From Acidobacteriota bacterium (GTDB taxonomy: Bacteria > Acidobacteriota > Vicinamibacteria > Fen-336): a DNA stretch of 61,881 nt. Position 1 is the stretch's first letter; every line of letters starts with the position of its first letter. This document shows positions 9,941 to 21,984 of this stretch, one piece after another. Under the pieces are notes generated by a model that had not been told where the DNA came from, did no database searches, and was given only the letters and a program-made list of their open reading frames with translations. The stretch spans positions 1 through 61,881 of the forward strand of contig QHVJ01000077.1 of assembly GCA_003222275.1 (NCBI GenBank), given 5' to 3'. The translations under genes and the position numbers were made by a program.

Positions 9941-9941
9941 G

Positions 9942-10472
9942 TCAGGGTGGAGGAGTCTGGATGGTGGCGAAGCCGCCCTGCCGCCGGACGTCGTCGGCGG
10001 TTCCGCACGCGCGGTCAGGTCCGCACGAGGCGATCTCGTAATAGGACCCTTCCACCCGGTAACGATAGGGCTCGTGCCAGCGGTCGTAGTACGGGTCGTG
10101 GGGTGACTTCGGCCGCACCCAGTGCCGCACGAAGTCACGGAAGGCTTCCGGGTCGGGGTACCGGTTGGTCGAGGCGTACTCCGCGTCCAGCGCGGCGGCC
10201 ATCTCCCCCATCTCCATGCGAGTCCGTGCGGTCCCCCACCAGGCGTTGAGCTCGCCGACGATGTCGCGGAAGTGCCGCGCGTTGACGTCGATGAGATAGA
10301 CGAGGAGCAGGGCGGGAATCAGCTTCTTGAGGAAGCGCGCCCAGAAGTGGCTTCGCTGCCGCCGGTAGGTCAGCTCCAACAGGATGCGATAGAACGCGAC
10401 CGACCAGGGGTGCGGCCGCGGGGGAGGAGGATCTGGGGGCGTAGCCAAGGCTGCGAGCGGAGCGGGATTCAC
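9942..10472 (-). CDS. GspG/pseudopilin-like membrane protein (start uncertain, 10472 or 10448)
   Basis: TM helix then YP...DRWHEPYRY...SCGPDRACGTADD resembling the T2SSG C-terminal motif. Confidence 0.55.
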   Translation of the reverse strand: MNPAPLAALATPPDPPPPRPHPWSVAFYRILLELTYRRQRSHFWARFLKKLIPALLLVYLIDVNARHFRDIVGELNAWWGTARTRMEMGEMAAALDAEYASTNRYPDPEAFRDFVRHWVRPKSPHDPYYDRWHEPYRYRVEGSYYEIASCGPDRACGTADDVRRQGGFATIQTPPP

Positions 10473-10497
10473 TCCCGCGAAGCGACCACCCCCCAGC

Positions 10498-10500
<3 letters not shown>
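10443..10500. repeat. Internally deleted copy of the palindromic repeat
   Basis: AGCCAAGGCTGCGAGCGGAGCGGGATTCACTCCCGCGAAGCGA (nearly identical to 30614 onward) joined to CCACCCCCCAGCTCA. Confidence 0.88.
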
Positions 10501-11577
<1,077 letters not shown>

Positions 11578-11593
11578 TCCAAAAGTATAAGGT

Positions 11594-13024
11594 CTATCGC
11601 CGCGCGGCCGCGCCTTGAATCCTCTCCCACGCCCGGCGTACGTGGCGCTCCTCGGTGCGCAGGTTGCCCACCGCGAGCCGGAGCACGGTGCGGCCCTTGA
11701 GCTTCGTGTGGGACAGGTAGGCTTCGCCCGTCGCGTTGACCGCCTCCATCATCTCCGCGTTGCGGCGGTCCTGCTCCTCGGGGCTCGATCCGGCGAAGCG
11801 GGCGCGGAAGCAGACGACCGAGAGCGGCGACGGAGCGGCGATCTCGAAGCCGGGATCGGCTTCGACCAGGCCGCGAAACAGGCCGGCGAGCCGCACGTGC
11901 TCGCGGAGCCGGGCCGCGATGCCTTCCGCGCCGAAGGCCCGGATCACCATCCACAGCTTGAGCGCGCGGAATCGGCGGCCGAGGCTCACGCCGTAGTCCA
12001 TCAGGTTCGGGGCCGCGGCGTCCTCGGCCGTCTTGAGGTACTCCGGCAGCACGCTGAAGGCCCGCCGCACGACCTCCGGCCGCCGGGTGTAGAGGACGCT
12101 CAGGTCCACGGGCACGAACATCCATTTGTGGGGGTTCACGACGAGCGAATCGGCCCGCTCGCATCCCGCGAGCACCCAGCGCAGCTCGGGTACGACCGCC
12201 GCGCTGCCCGCGTAGGCCGTGTCGACGTGGAGCCACAGCCCCTCGCGCGCGCAGACGTCGGCGATCGCCGGCACCGGATCGATGCTGGTCGTGGACGTGG
12301 TCCCGACCGTCGCGGTGACGGCGAAGGGGGTGAAGCCCGCCGCCCGGTCCTCGGCGATGGCCCGGGCCAGCTCCGCCGTCTGCATCCGGTACTCGTCGTC
12401 GACGGGGATCGTGCGCAGCCCCTCCTGCCCGATGCCGAGGACGATGCCGGCCTTCTCCACCGACGAGTGCGCCTGATCCGAGGCGTACATGCGCAGCCGC
12501 GCCTGGCCCACCAGGCCGCGCCGGCGGACGTCGAGGCCGGGCACGGCCTCACGCGCCGCCGCCAGGGCCACGAGCGTCGAGGTGGACGCGGTGTCCTGGA
12601 TGACGCCGAACAGGCCCGCAGGCAACCCCAGCATCTGGCGGAGCCAGTCCAGGACCACCAGCTCCAGCTCGGTGGCCGCCGGCGCCGTCTTCCACAGCAT
12701 CGCGTTCGCGTTGAAGGCGGCGGCCAGCGCCTCGGCGAGGACGGCGGGACCGGGAGAGGAGTTCGCGAAGTACGCGAAGAACCCGGGATGGTTCCAGTGG
12801 GTGAGCCCGGGGACGATGACCCGCTCGACGTCGGCCAGGATCGCCTCCAGCGGCTCGGCGCGGGACGGGGGAGCCGGAGGCAGCGCGCGCCGGATCTCGC
12901 CGGGCCGCACCCGCGAGAGCACGGGGTAGCGCTCGGCGCCCTCGAGGTACCCCGAGATCCAGTCGACGAGCCGGTGCGCCTCGGACCGGAACGCGTCGGG
13001 GTCGAGGTCCCCGAAGGGCGTCAT
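11594..13024 (-). CDS. PLP-dependent aromatic-L-amino-acid decarboxylase family protein
   Basis: [45 protein letters not shown]; start MTPFG overlaps the upstream stop. Confidence 0.9.
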   Translation of the reverse strand: MTPFGDLDPDAFRSEAHRLVDWISGYLEGAERYPVLSRVRPGEIRRALPPAPPSRAEPLEAILADVERVIVPGLTHWNHPGFFAYFANSSPGPAVLAEALAAAFNANAMLWKTAPAATELELVVLDWLRQMLGLPAGLFGVIQDTASTSTLVALAAAREAVPGLDVRRRGLVGQARLRMYASDQAHSSVEKAGIVLGIGQEGLRTIPVDDEYRMQTAELARAIAEDRAAGFTPFAVTATVGTTSTTSIDPVPAIADVCAREGLWLHVDTAYAGSAAVVPELRWVLAGCERADSLVVNPHKWMFVPVDLSVLYTRRPEVVRRAFSVLPEYLKTAEDAAAPNLMDYGVSLGRRFRALKLWMVIRAFGAEGIAARLREHVRLAGLFRGLVEADPGFEIAAPSPLSVVCFRARFAGSSPEEQDRRNAEMMEAVNATGEAYLSHTKLKGRTVLRLAVGNLRTEERHVRRAWERIQGAAARR

Positions 13025-13638
13025 TCCACGTCGGTGACGATGAACATCAAGACGTGGCTGCCGATCCGGAACTCCATGTGGTTGTTGAGGACGTGCTGCT
13101 GGATGCGGTCGAGCTCGATGAAGGTGCCGTTGGTCGACCCCAGGTCGCGCAGGATCGCGTTCTCGCCCAGGATCTCCACCGCCGCGTGCTGGCGGGAGGC
13201 CTCGGCGTCGTCGAGGTTCAGGTCCGCTCCCGTGCGGCCGATGATCGTGCGGGTCTTGTTGATCTGATGGATCTGTCCCGTCGCCGCGCCCTGGATGACG
13301 GCCAGCGAGTAGCGCTTGTCCTTGGGCAGCTCCAGCACGCCCATCTTGTGAAGGTCCTTGCCGGTGATGGTCTGACCGGCCAGCTCCTCCGTGGACGAGG
13401 GAGTGGCGCGGCGGGCGGTGTCGGTGCCGGGCGCCGGCTCCGGAGGGGGCGCCGGGGGCGTAGGCGCGGCTTGCGGGGGGCGCGTCCCCGGGGGAAGAGT
13501 CATCGCGGCGAGGAGCGGGTTCTCGATCTCGATCGTCGCTCCGCACTTCGCGCACCGGGTCTTGGCCTTGGGCCGCTCGCCGAGCTTGGATTCGTCGAAC
13601 TTGTATCGGGCTTGGCAAGCGGGACAAACGATGATCAT
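13021..13638 (-). CDS. Zinc-ribbon (MJ0042-type) + FHA domain protein
   Basis: MIIVCPACQARY...RCAKC; FHA motifs IGR, SRQHA, DLGSTNGTF. Confidence 0.85.
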   Translation of the reverse strand: MIIVCPACQARYKFDESKLGERPKAKTRCAKCGATIEIENPLLAAMTLPPGTRPPQAAPTPPAPPPEPAPGTDTARRATPSSTEELAGQTITGKDLHKMGVLELPKDKRYSLAVIQGAATGQIHQINKTRTIIGRTGADLNLDDAEASRQHAAVEILGENAILRDLGSTNGTFIELDRIQQHVLNNHMEFRIGSHVLMFIVTDVE

Positions 13639-13726
13639 ACGGCCGCTCCTCTCGTCGCCGACGACGCCAGAGCATAATCCAAATGATGGCCGCGATGGGT
13701 TATCGTGGAGACTCAAAGGAGGCCGC

Positions 13727-14017
13727 GTGGACCGACAGCACGCTCTGAGGAGCAGAGAAGAACTCGAGGACGATGAGGTCGAGGACGCCGTGGACGACGA
13801 AGCCGGCCTCGCCGCCGACGACGAGGACGAGAAGGACGAGGACGAGGACGACGAAGAAGAGGACGACGAGGACGACGACGTGGAAGACGACGATGACGAC
13901 GACGACGATGATGACGACGACGAGGACGATGAGGACGAGGACGAGGACGAGGAGGACGACGACATCGACGACGAGGACGACGATGAGGAGGAGGAGGAGG
14001 AGGAAGAGGAGTCATGA
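13727..14017 (+). CDS. Small, extremely acidic (poly-Asp/Glu) protein, 96 aa
   Basis: AAAGGAGG RBS then GTG; GAC/GAG/GAT/GAA codons held in one frame; stop overlaps the lipA ATG. Confidence 0.7.
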   Translation: MDRQHALRSREELEDDEVEDAVDDEAGLAADDEDEKDEDEDDEEEDDEDDDVEDDDDDDDDDDDDEDDEDEDEDEEDDDIDDEDDDEEEEEEEEES

Positions 14018-14874
14018 CCGCCGTTCCCGTGCTCTCGCGCCCGGCATGGATCAAGGCGCGCGCCCCCGTGGGCGAGGAGTACGAGCGCCTGCGGGCCGTC
14101 ATGCGCGACCTCGGTCTCCACACGGTCTGCGAGGAGGCGCGCTGCCCCAACATCGGCGACTGCTGGAACCGGGGCACGGCGACCTTCATGATCCTCGGCG
14201 ACGTCTGCACGCGGGCCTGCGGCTTCTGCGCGGTGAAGACGGGCTTGCCCCGCCTGCCCCCCGACCTCCGGGAGGCCGCGCGGGTCGCGGAGGCGGCGGC
14301 CCGGATGGGCCTGCGCCACGCGGTGATCACGTCGGTCAACCGCGACGATCAACGTGACGGCGGCGCCGGCGTCTTCGCCGCGTGCATCCGGCAGATCCGC
14401 GAGCGCGTCCCTGGCTGCACGGTCGAGGTGCTCATCCCGGACTTCAAGGGTGACGCGGCCGCCCTGCAGGTCGTGATCGGCGCCGCACCCGACGTCCTCA
14501 ACCACAACACGGAGACGGTGCCGCGGCTGTACCGCCACGTGCGCCCCGGCGCGCGCTTCGAGCGCTCGCTGGAGCTGCTCCACCGCGCGAAGGCGGCCGG
14601 CCTCCTCACCAAGAGCGGCATCATGGTGGGCCTCGGCGAGGAGCCCGAAGAGGTACGCGAGACGGTGCGCCGTATTCGCGAGGCGGGCACCGACATCCTG
14701 ACCGTCGGGCAGTACCTGCGACCGAGCGCCCACCACCTGCCGATCGTGCGCTACTACGAGCCGGCGGAGTTCGCCGAGATCAAACGCTACGCCGTCGGCC
14801 TCGGCTACCGGCACGTCGAGTCCGGCCCGCTCGTCCGGTCCTCGTACCACGCCGAAGAACAGGTGAGCCGCTAG
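14014..14874 (+). CDS. lipA: Lipoyl synthase
   Basis: [38 protein letters not shown]. Confidence 0.97.
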   Translation: MTAVPVLSRPAWIKARAPVGEEYERLRAVMRDLGLHTVCEEARCPNIGDCWNRGTATFMILGDVCTRACGFCAVKTGLPRLPPDLREAARVAEAAARMGLRHAVITSVNRDDQRDGGAGVFAACIRQIRERVPGCTVEVLIPDFKGDAAALQVVIGAAPDVLNHNTETVPRLYRHVRPGARFERSLELLHRAKAAGLLTKSGIMVGLGEEPEEVRETVRRIREAGTDILTVGQYLRPSAHHLPIVRYYEPAEFAEIKRYAVGLGYRHVESGPLVRSSYHAEEQVSR

Positions 14875-16031
14875 GACTTGCTGGCGTAGGCCCGGCTGCT
14901 CTTGCGCTGCTTGTCGACGGCTTCCGCGACGAGCTTTGCCGCCGCGTCGACGTCCTCGGCGGTCGTTCCGCGGCCGAGCGAGAATCGCAACGAGGCCTGC
15001 ACGCGCTCCAGGGGCAGGCCCATCGCCCGCAAGACGTGGGAAGGCTCCACGGCGCCGGCCGCGCAGGCCGCGCCCGTGGAGACGGCGACCCCGGCCAGGT
15101 CCAGGGCCATGACGAGGCTCTCGGCCTCCACTCCGGAGAAGGAGACGTTGGCGGTGTTGGGGACGCGCGGCGCCTCACCGTTGCGCTGCGCGCCGGGGGT
15201 CGCGAGCAGTTGCGACTCGAGGCGGTCGCGCAGGCCGGACAGGCGGGCGGACTCGGCGCCCATGTCGTCCCGGGCCAGCTCCGCCGCGCGGCCGAGGCCG
15301 ACGATGCCGGCCACGTTCTCCGTCCCGGCCCTACGGTTGCGCTCCTGGGACCCGCCCCTGACGAAGGCCTTCAGCCGGGTCCCCCGCTTGATGTAGAGCG
15401 CGCCCACGCCTTTCGGTCCGTAGATCTTGTGTCCCGACAGGGCCAGGGTGTCGACGTCGAGGGCGCGGACGTCGACGGGGATCTTGCCCGCCGCCTGCAC
15501 CGCGTCGCAGTGCACGAGCGCGCCGCGCTCGCGAGCGATGCGCACCACCTCGGCCACCGGCTCCACCACTCCCGTCTCGTTGTTGGCGAGCATCACCGCG
15601 ACCACGGCGGTCCGGTCGTCGACCCTGGCCCGCAGATCGTCGAGGTCCACCCGCCCGTCGGCGCGGGTGCGGGCGGCCTCGACGGGCACGCCTTCCTCGG
15701 CGAGCGCCTTGGCCGTGTTCATCACCGCGTGGTGCTCGATCGTGGAGTACACGACCTTGCGCCGGGGCTCGCGCGCGGCGGCGGCCGCGCCCCGCAGCGC
15801 GGTGTTGTCGGCCTCGGTGCCGCTGCCCGTGAAGACGATCTCGCCCGGAGAGGCCCCGATCAGGGCCGCCACCTGCTCGCGCGCCGTATCGACCGCCGCC
15901 CGCGCCTGCTGGCCGAACCAGTGCAGGCTGGACGGGTTGCCGAAGCCGTCCCGGAGGATGGGCAGCATCGCGTCGAGCACGCGCGGATCGAGCGGCGTGG
16001 TGGCGTTGTGATCGAGGTAGATGCGGCCCAT
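14871..16031 (-). CDS. iscS: Cysteine desulfurase (IscS/NifS type)
   Basis: [50 protein letters not shown]. Confidence 0.9.
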   Translation of the reverse strand: MGRIYLDHNATTPLDPRVLDAMLPILRDGFGNPSSLHWFGQQARAAVDTAREQVAALIGASPGEIVFTGSGTEADNTALRGAAAAAREPRRKVVYSTIEHHAVMNTAKALAEEGVPVEAARTRADGRVDLDDLRARVDDRTAVVAVMLANNETGVVEPVAEVVRIARERGALVHCDAVQAAGKIPVDVRALDVDTLALSGHKIYGPKGVGALYIKRGTRLKAFVRGGSQERNRRAGTENVAGIVGLGRAAELARDDMGAESARLSGLRDRLESQLLATPGAQRNGEAPRVPNTANVSFSGVEAESLVMALDLAGVAVSTGAACAAGAVEPSHVLRAMGLPLERVQASLRFSLGRGTTAEDVDAAAKLVAEAVDKQRKSSRAYASKS

Positions 16032-16111
16032 GGACGGATTGTACCTCCGGGAAGGGCGGCTCACCCTCGAGTGTCGGGCCGGGCCGTCTCGTCGTAAGAT
16101 CCTCGCCAGAG

Positions 16112-16930
16112 ATGCGACCCATCGTCGCGCTGCTCACCGACTTCGGCAGCCAGGATCACTACGTGGGGGCGTTACGCGGCGCGGTACTCTCGGCCTGCCG
16201 CGAGGCGGCCGTCGTGGACCTCACCCACGACCTGCCGCCGCACGACGTGATGGCCGCCGCCTTCTCCCTCGCGGCCGCCCGCAGCGCGTTCCCGGCCGGC
16301 ACGACCTTCCTGGCCGTCGTCGACCCCGGGGTGGGCTCGGCCCGGCGCGCGCTGGCGCTGGAAGCGGGCGGCCAGCGCTTCGTGGGGCCGGACAACGGCA
16401 TCTTCACCTTCGTGCTCGCCGAGCAGCCCTCCGCCCGCGTTCACGAGATCACGAACGAGGGCCTGTTCCGGGCGCGGATCTCGGCCACTTTCCACGCCCG
16501 CGACATCTTCGGCCCCGTGGCGGGGCGCCTGGCCGCGGGGATGGACCTCGACGAGGTCGGGCCGCCGCTCTCGGATCCGGTGCGGCTGGCCCTGGATCGG
16601 CCGCGGCCGGTCGGACCGGGCGAGTGGGAGGCGGCGGTGCTCCACGTCGACCGCTTCGGCAACCTGATCACGAATTTCACGCAGGAGGACCTCGAGGGAG
16701 CGCTGGCCACCGTGGATGGCGACCCCACCGAGCTCGTCGTCGCGGTGGAGGGGATGGTCCTTCCGCTCGTGCGGACCTATTCGGACGTCTACGAAGGAGA
16801 GGCCTGCGCCGTGGCCGGCAGTAGCGGCCGCCTCGAGGTGGCGGTGAACCGCGGCAGCGCGGCGCGGCAGCTGGGCGCGGCCCGGGGCGCGCCGGTGCGG
16901 GTCCGAAGGGTCTCCGCGTCCGGGGGATAG
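16112..16930 (+). CDS. SAM hydroxide adenosyltransferase / chlorinase-fluorinase family (DUF62)
   Basis: LLTDFG, VVDPGVG, GPDNG, TFHARD, DRFGNLITN. Confidence 0.9.
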   Translation: MRPIVALLTDFGSQDHYVGALRGAVLSACREAAVVDLTHDLPPHDVMAAAFSLAAARSAFPAGTTFLAVVDPGVGSARRALALEAGGQRFVGPDNGIFTFVLAEQPSARVHEITNEGLFRARISATFHARDIFGPVAGRLAAGMDLDEVGPPLSDPVRLALDRPRPVGPGEWEAAVLHVDRFGNLITNFTQEDLEGALATVDGDPTELVVAVEGMVLPLVRTYSDVYEGEACAVAGSSGRLEVAVNRGSAARQLGAARGAPVRVRRVSASGG

Positions 16931-16989
16931 GCCGCCGGCCATGCTATCATCGCCAGCTCCTCTGCGGGGGCGGATGCGACAGGGGGTGC

Positions 16990-18261
16990 ATGCGGGACGT
17001 CGTCGTGGCCGGCGCCGTGCGGACACCGATCGGACGGTTCGGTGGCGCGCTCTCGACCCTCAGTCCCGCCCAGCTCGGGGCCGCCGCGGCCCGGGAAGCG
17101 CTGCGCCGCGCCGGCGTCGCCCCCGCCCAGGTGGACGACGTGCTCTTCGGCTGCGCTCGCCAGGCGGGGGCCGGGCCCAACGTCGCGAGGCAGGTGGCGT
17201 GGCGCGCAGGCGTCCCCCCGGAGATCCCGGCGGCCACCCTCAACATGGCCTGCGCCAGCAGCCTGAAGGCGATCGACCTCGCCTTTCGCGCCGTGCGCGA
17301 CGGAGATGCGCAGGTGGTGCTGGCCGGCGGGGTGGAGTCGATGAGCCGCGTGCCCTACCTGCTGACCGGGGCGCGATGGGGTTATCGCATGGGGGACCAG
17401 CCGCTCGTCGACGCGATGTACCAGGACGGCTTCCTCTGCCCGCTTTCCGAGATGATGATGGGGGAGACGGCCGAGCGGCTGGCCGAGCAGTATCACGTCG
17501 GCCGCGAGGAGCAGGACGCGTTCGCCCTGCGCAGCCAGCAGCGGGCGGCCCGCGCGCAAGTTCAAGGACGCTTCGACGCCGAGATCGTCCCGGTTCATGT
17601 ACCGCGCGTTCCGCAGCGAAGGCTTTCCTCTGACGCCGAGCGAGGATTCACTCCGCGCGAGGCGCTTGGATTGAAGATGGGGCCGGAGCGAGGACGCGCA
17701 TCTGATGAAGACGACGTGAGCCGAGACGAGCATCTGCGGCCGGAGACGACGGCGGCCACGCTCGCGAAGCTGCCCCCCGTGTTCAAGACGGAAGGGGGGA
17801 CCGTCACGGCGGGCAACTCGTCCGGGATCACGGACGGAGCCGCGGCGATGGTGGTGATGTCGGCCGAGCGGGCCGCCGAGCTGGGCGTGAAGCCCATGGC
17901 CACGGTGGTGGGTCTGGCTTCGGCGGGAGTCGACCCGCGCGTGATGGGCATCGGGGTGGTGCCCGCGGTGCGCCGCCTGCTCGAGAAATGCTCCCTGCGG
18001 CTCCAGGACTTCGACCTCGTGGAGCTGAACGAAGCGTTCGCCGCGCAGGTCATCGCCTGCGACCGCGAGCTGCGCCTCGATCCCGAGCGCCTCAACGTCA
18101 ACGGGGGAGCCATCGCGCTCGGCCATCCCATCGGCGCCACCGGCGCCCGCCTGGTCGTGAGCCTGCTGCACGAGATGGCGCGGCGCCGGGTGGGGCGCGG
18201 ACTGGCGACGCTCTGCGTGAGCGGCGGCATGGGCATGGCGGCGGCGTTCGAGGCGGTCTGA
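16990..18261 (+). CDS. Acetyl-CoA acyltransferase (thiolase) with an internal insertion of roughly 30-38 aa
   Basis: [42 protein letters not shown]. Confidence 0.93.
   Translation: MRDVVVAGAVRTPIGRFGGALSTLSPAQLGAAAAREALRRAGVAPAQVDDVLFGCARQAGAGPNVARQVAWRAGVPPEIPAATLNMACASSLKAIDLAFRAVRDGDAQVVLAGGVESMSRVPYLLTGARWGYRMGDQPLVDAMYQDGFLCPLSEMMMGETAERLAEQYHVGREEQDAFALRSQQRAARAQVQGRFDAEIVPVHVPRVPQRRLSSDAERGFTPREALGLKMGPERGRASDEDDVSRDEHLRPETTAATLAKLPPVFKTEGGTVTAGNSSGITDGAAAMVVMSAERAAELGVKPMATVVGLASAGVDPRVMGIGVVPAVRRLLEKCSLRLQDFDLVELNEAFAAQVIACDRELRLDPERLNVNGGAIALGHPIGATGARLVVSLLHEMARRRVGRGLATLCVSGGMGMAAAFEAV
17594..17709. repeat. Palindromic element inserted in frame in the thiolase
   Basis: Ends TTCAT..GCGCGTTC / GGACGCGC..ATGAA, central GGATTCACTCC hairpin, TTTCCTCT shared with the 31518 element; atypical codons. 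Confidence 0.7.
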
Positions 18262-18272
18262 GGGAGGGGGAA

Positions 18273-19094
18273 ATGGCCGACGACGCGGAGAACACGCAGG
18301 ACCTCGACACCTACGCCCCGCGCCCCAGCACGGCGCGATTCCTGCAGGTCGCCGGGGGCAAGGGAGTCGCGCGCATCACGTTGAACCGGCCGCCCGCCAA
18401 CGTGCTGTCGATCGACCTCATGGACGAGCTCAACGCCGCGCTCGAGTCCCTGGACAACCAGCGCGACGTGAAGCTCGTGGTGCTGGCCGCGACGGGCAAG
18501 TACTTCTCCGCCGGCTTCGAGCTGGGCGACCACCTCGGGGACCGCGCCTACCTGATGATGGAAGCGTTCAAGAAGCTCTTCGACAACCTGGGCAAGCTCG
18601 ACCGCCTCGTCGTCGCCGTGGTCGCCGGGCCCGCGCTCGGCGCGGGCAGCATCCTGGCCGCCGGGTGCGACATGGTCCTGGCCGGCGCCAGCGCGAAGTT
18701 CGGACACCCCGAGATCAAGGGCGGCGTGTTCAACCCGATGGCCGCCGCGCTCCTGCCCCGGCTCGTCGGGCGAAAGCGCGCCTTCGAGTTGATCCTCGGA
18801 GGCGTCACGATCACGGCCGCGGAGGCCGAGCGTATCGGCCTCATCAGCCGCGCCGTCCCCGACGAGAAGCTCGAGGCCGAGGCGGCCGCCCTCGTCCAGC
18901 GTTACCAGGACGGCAGCGCCCCGATCCTGCAGCTCACGCGGCGCGCGATCGCCACCGGCCTGGACCAGCCGCTGGCCGATGCGATCCGCAATGCCGAGGA
19001 CATCTACCTCAACCAGCTCATGTCCACCGAGGACGCCGAGGAAGGCCTGAAGGCGATCATGGAGAAGCGCAAGCCGGTCTGGAAGGACCGCTGA
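18273..19094 (+). CDS. Enoyl-CoA hydratase/isomerase family protein
   Basis: [38 protein letters not shown]; RBS GGAGGGG. Confidence 0.9.
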   Translation: MADDAENTQDLDTYAPRPSTARFLQVAGGKGVARITLNRPPANVLSIDLMDELNAALESLDNQRDVKLVVLAATGKYFSAGFELGDHLGDRAYLMMEAFKKLFDNLGKLDRLVVAVVAGPALGAGSILAAGCDMVLAGASAKFGHPEIKGGVFNPMAAALLPRLVGRKRAFELILGGVTITAAEAERIGLISRAVPDEKLEAEAAALVQRYQDGSAPILQLTRRAIATGLDQPLADAIRNAEDIYLNQLMSTEDAEEGLKAIMEKRKPVWKDR

Positions 19095-19369
19095 TGGCGC
19101 GCTGGCGCTCGGACGGCTGGGTGCAGGTGGCGGAGACGGGCCAGCCCTACGAAGGAGAGCTGATCGCATTGCGCCTCCGGGCCGCGGGAATCGAGGCGAA
19201 GGTGGTGGACCAGACCTTCCGGCAGGAGCCGCTGCCGAGCGTGCGCTCGTTCGCGGTCGTGCGCGTGCTGGTCCCGGACGGCGAGGAGGAGCGCGCGCGC
19301 GAGGCCCTGGCCCGGCCGGCCGATCTTCCCGCGGAGGCCAGCGATGTCCCCGAGGCCGACGAGGAATAG
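19094..19369 (+). CDS. Small DUF2007-like (putative signal-transducing) protein
   Basis: [14 protein letters not shown]...VRVLVP...ERARE pattern; TGATG overlap. Confidence 0.65.
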   Translation: MARWRSDGWVQVAETGQPYEGELIALRLRAAGIEAKVVDQTFRQEPLPSVRSFAVVRVLVPDGEEERAREALARPADLPAEASDVPEADEE

Positions 19370-19371
19370 CC

Positions 19372-20574
19372 ATGATCTCATTCGACCTGTCCGAGGAGCA
19401 CCGCGCGGTCGAGCAGACCGTCCGCGACTGGGCGGGCCGCGAGGTGGCCCCGAAGATCCACGACCTCGACCGTGAGCACCGCTTCGAGCGGGGCTTCCTC
19501 AAGGGCATGGCCGACCTGCACCTGCTCGGCATCTGCATCCCCGAGGAGTGGGGCGGGGCGGGGATGGACTACCTGAGCCTCGGGGTGGTGTGCGAGGAGC
19601 TCGAGTACGTGGACACCCATCTGCGCGTGATCATGTCCGTGCACGTCGGCCTCAACTGCATGACCGTGTGGTGCTGGGGCAGCGACGACCAGAAGAAGAA
19701 GTACCTGGCCCCCCAGGCGCGGGGGGAGAAGATCGCCACCTACGGGCTCACCGAGCCCAACGCGGGGAGCGATGCGGTCGGCATCCAGTCGACCGCCGTG
19801 CGCAAGGGCGACCGCTACGTTCTCAACGGCGAGAAGGTGTGGATCAGCCTCGCCGACGTCGCCGACCACTTCATCGTCTTCGCGTGGACCGACCAGGAGA
19901 AGAAGAAGAACCGGGACCACAAGGGGCTCAGCGCCTTCATCGTGGAGCGGGCGTTCAAGGGCTTCAGCTCGTACACGATCAAGGAGAAGTGGGGCATCCT
20001 GGCCGGCAACACGGGCGGGTTCTCCATGGACAACATGGAGGTGCCGGCGGAGAACCGGCTCGGGCAGGAAGGCGAGGGGTTCGGGATCGCCATGTTCGCG
20101 CTCGAGAACGGCCGCTACACGGTGGCCTCGGGCGCCACCGGACTCATCCGCGCGTGCCTGGACGCGTCCGTCAAGTACGCCCGGGAGCGCAAGACGTTCG
20201 GCAAGGCCATCGGCGAGCACCAGCTCGTGAAGGAGATGATCGCCGAGATGGTCTCGGACTACGACGCGGCCCGCCTGCTCTGGCTGCGGGCAGGCTGGCT
20301 CAAGAACGAGGGCCGCCGCAACACGCGCGAGACGTCGCTCGCGAAGTGGTTCGCCACCGTGAAGAGCGAGCGGGCCGCCTCCGACTGCGTGCAGATCCAC
20401 GGCGGGAACGGGTACTCCGACGAGTACCCGGCCGGCCGCTTCTACCGCAACTCCAAGGCCGCCGTCATCTACGAAGGGACCCGCGAGATCCACAAGGTCA
20501 TGCAGGCGGACTACGCCCTGGGCTTCCGGCAGGACAAGCCACGCCGGGTCGAGCTGCCCCCCTACAAGCGGTGA
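19372..20574 (+). CDS. Acyl-CoA dehydrogenase (glutaryl-/butyryl-CoA DH-like)
   Basis: [35 protein letters not shown]. Confidence 0.92.
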   Translation: MISFDLSEEHRAVEQTVRDWAGREVAPKIHDLDREHRFERGFLKGMADLHLLGICIPEEWGGAGMDYLSLGVVCEELEYVDTHLRVIMSVHVGLNCMTVWCWGSDDQKKKYLAPQARGEKIATYGLTEPNAGSDAVGIQSTAVRKGDRYVLNGEKVWISLADVADHFIVFAWTDQEKKKNRDHKGLSAFIVERAFKGFSSYTIKEKWGILAGNTGGFSMDNMEVPAENRLGQEGEGFGIAMFALENGRYTVASGATGLIRACLDASVKYARERKTFGKAIGEHQLVKEMIAEMVSDYDAARLLWLRAGWLKNEGRRNTRETSLAKWFATVKSERAASDCVQIHGGNGYSDEYPAGRFYRNSKAAVIYEGTREIHKVMQADYALGFRQDKPRRVELPPYKR

Positions 20575-20582
20575 ACGGATTC

Positions 20583-20664
20583 AACGCGGAGAACGCGGCG
20601 AACGAACGAAGAGGATCGATTCTTTCCTCCGCGCCCTCTCCGTTACCTCCGCGTCCTCCGCGTT
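20583..20664. repeat. Intergenic REP-like imperfect inverted repeat
   Basis: AACGCGGAGAACGCGG ... CCGCGTCCTCCGCGTT arms. Confidence 0.7.
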
Positions 20665-20679
20665 AAGAGGAAATAGCCC

Positions 20680-21645
20680 ATGCATCGAGACGACCTGTTC
20701 CTGGAGTTCGTGAGGGTGGTGGAGAGGGCGGCCATGGCCGCCGCCCGCACCATGGGCCAGGGAGACCGCAAGTACTCCGACCAGGTGGCGGTCGAGTCGA
20801 TGCGCAAGGAGATGGAGAGCGTCGACATCGACGGCACGATCGTGATCGGTGAGGGCGAGCGGGACGAGGCGCCCATGCTCTACATCGGCGAGAAGGTCGG
20901 CCGCGGCGGCTTCCCGGTCGACATCGCCGTCGACCCGCTGGAGGGCACGAACCTGTGCGCCACCGGCACGCCCAACGCCATCGCCGTCATCGCCGCCGCC
21001 GAGAAGGGCGGCCTCTTGAACGCGCCCGACATCTACATGGAGAAGCTCGTCGTGGGGCCGTCGTCCAAGGGCAAGGTCGACATCAACGCCCCGGTGGAGG
21101 ACAACCTCAAGGCGCTCGCCAAGGCGCTCGACCGCGAGGTCCACGACCTGGTGATCATCGTGCTCGACCGGCCCCGCCACGAGCGGCTCATCGCCGACAT
21201 CCGCAAGGCGGGGGCGCGCATCCGGCTCATCAGCGACGGCGACCTCTCCGCCGGGATCTCGGCCGCGGTCGTGGGCACCGGAGTACATGCGGTCATGGGG
21301 ACGGGCGGCGCGCCGGAGGGTGTCCTCACCGCGGCGGCCATGAGGTGCCTGAACGGCGAGATCCAGGGCAAGCTGGTCATGACCAAGCCCGCCGACCGCG
21401 AGCGCCTGAAGAAGATGGGGATCACCGACCTGGAGAAGGTCTACCGCACCGAGGACCTGGCCCCCGGCCCCAGCGTCATCTTCGCGGCCGCCGGCGTGAC
21501 CGACGGCGCCCTGCTCAAGGGCGTCCGGTTCTTCGGAGACGGCTTGCGTACCCATACCCTGGTGATGACGACGGTGCCCCACCAGGTCCGCTTCATCGAC
21601 ACGATCCACGCCAAGGACGACCCCGACGTCAAGATCCGCTTCTGA
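20680..21645 (+). CDS. glpX: Class II fructose-1,6-bisphosphatase
   Basis: [39 protein letters not shown]. Confidence 0.96.
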   Translation: MHRDDLFLEFVRVVERAAMAAARTMGQGDRKYSDQVAVESMRKEMESVDIDGTIVIGEGERDEAPMLYIGEKVGRGGFPVDIAVDPLEGTNLCATGTPNAIAVIAAAEKGGLLNAPDIYMEKLVVGPSSKGKVDINAPVEDNLKALAKALDREVHDLVIIVLDRPRHERLIADIRKAGARIRLISDGDLSAGISAAVVGTGVHAVMGTGGAPEGVLTAAAMRCLNGEIQGKLVMTKPADRERLKKMGITDLEKVYRTEDLAPGPSVIFAAAGVTDGALLKGVRFFGDGLRTHTLVMTTVPHQVRFIDTIHAKDDPDVKIRF

Positions 21646-21829
21646 CGTTCAGGCCCTGTGAGGGCCCCCACAGACGGCGAGCGTTCAAATCGAGCACCAT
21701 GGAACGCTTACTGGATCCTCGCGTCCAAGTTTTCCTGATGGCTTTCCCCGGTTGTCTCCTCCGACCCCCCTGGCAGCCGGCGGAGTGTAGTCCCCTCCAT
21801 GACTTACTCGCCGGAGCCTCATTTTCTGC

Positions 21830-21858
21830 TTGACATAGAGGGGGACGTCTGCTAGCTT
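21830..21858 (+). promoter_or_regulatory. Sigma70-type promoter of the pilMNOPQ operon
   Basis: TTGACA-17 nt-TAGCTT. Confidence 0.65.
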
Positions 21859-21984
21859 CAGCCAGCACTTTAACTATTTTTTGTAAGTCAGTATCGCCTC
21901 GTAAGTTTCGTTTCGGGGGGGCCAGTTGGCGCATCGGGGACGAGTGATCGAGGATAACCGCCGTCTGTAAAGAGAGAGGCTGGC

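Noticed and set aside
13713-14850. Poly-Ser ORF (minus strand) and poly-Thr/Arg ORF across the acidic tract
   Set aside because: Shadow frames of the D/E codons; only the D/E frame has an RBS and a coupled stop.
16112-16930. Fluorinase/chlorinase natural-product pathway
   Set aside because: Asp/Arg/His residues (VVDPG, RR, TFH) typical of DUF62 SAM hydrolases are present, and there is no biosynthetic cluster context.
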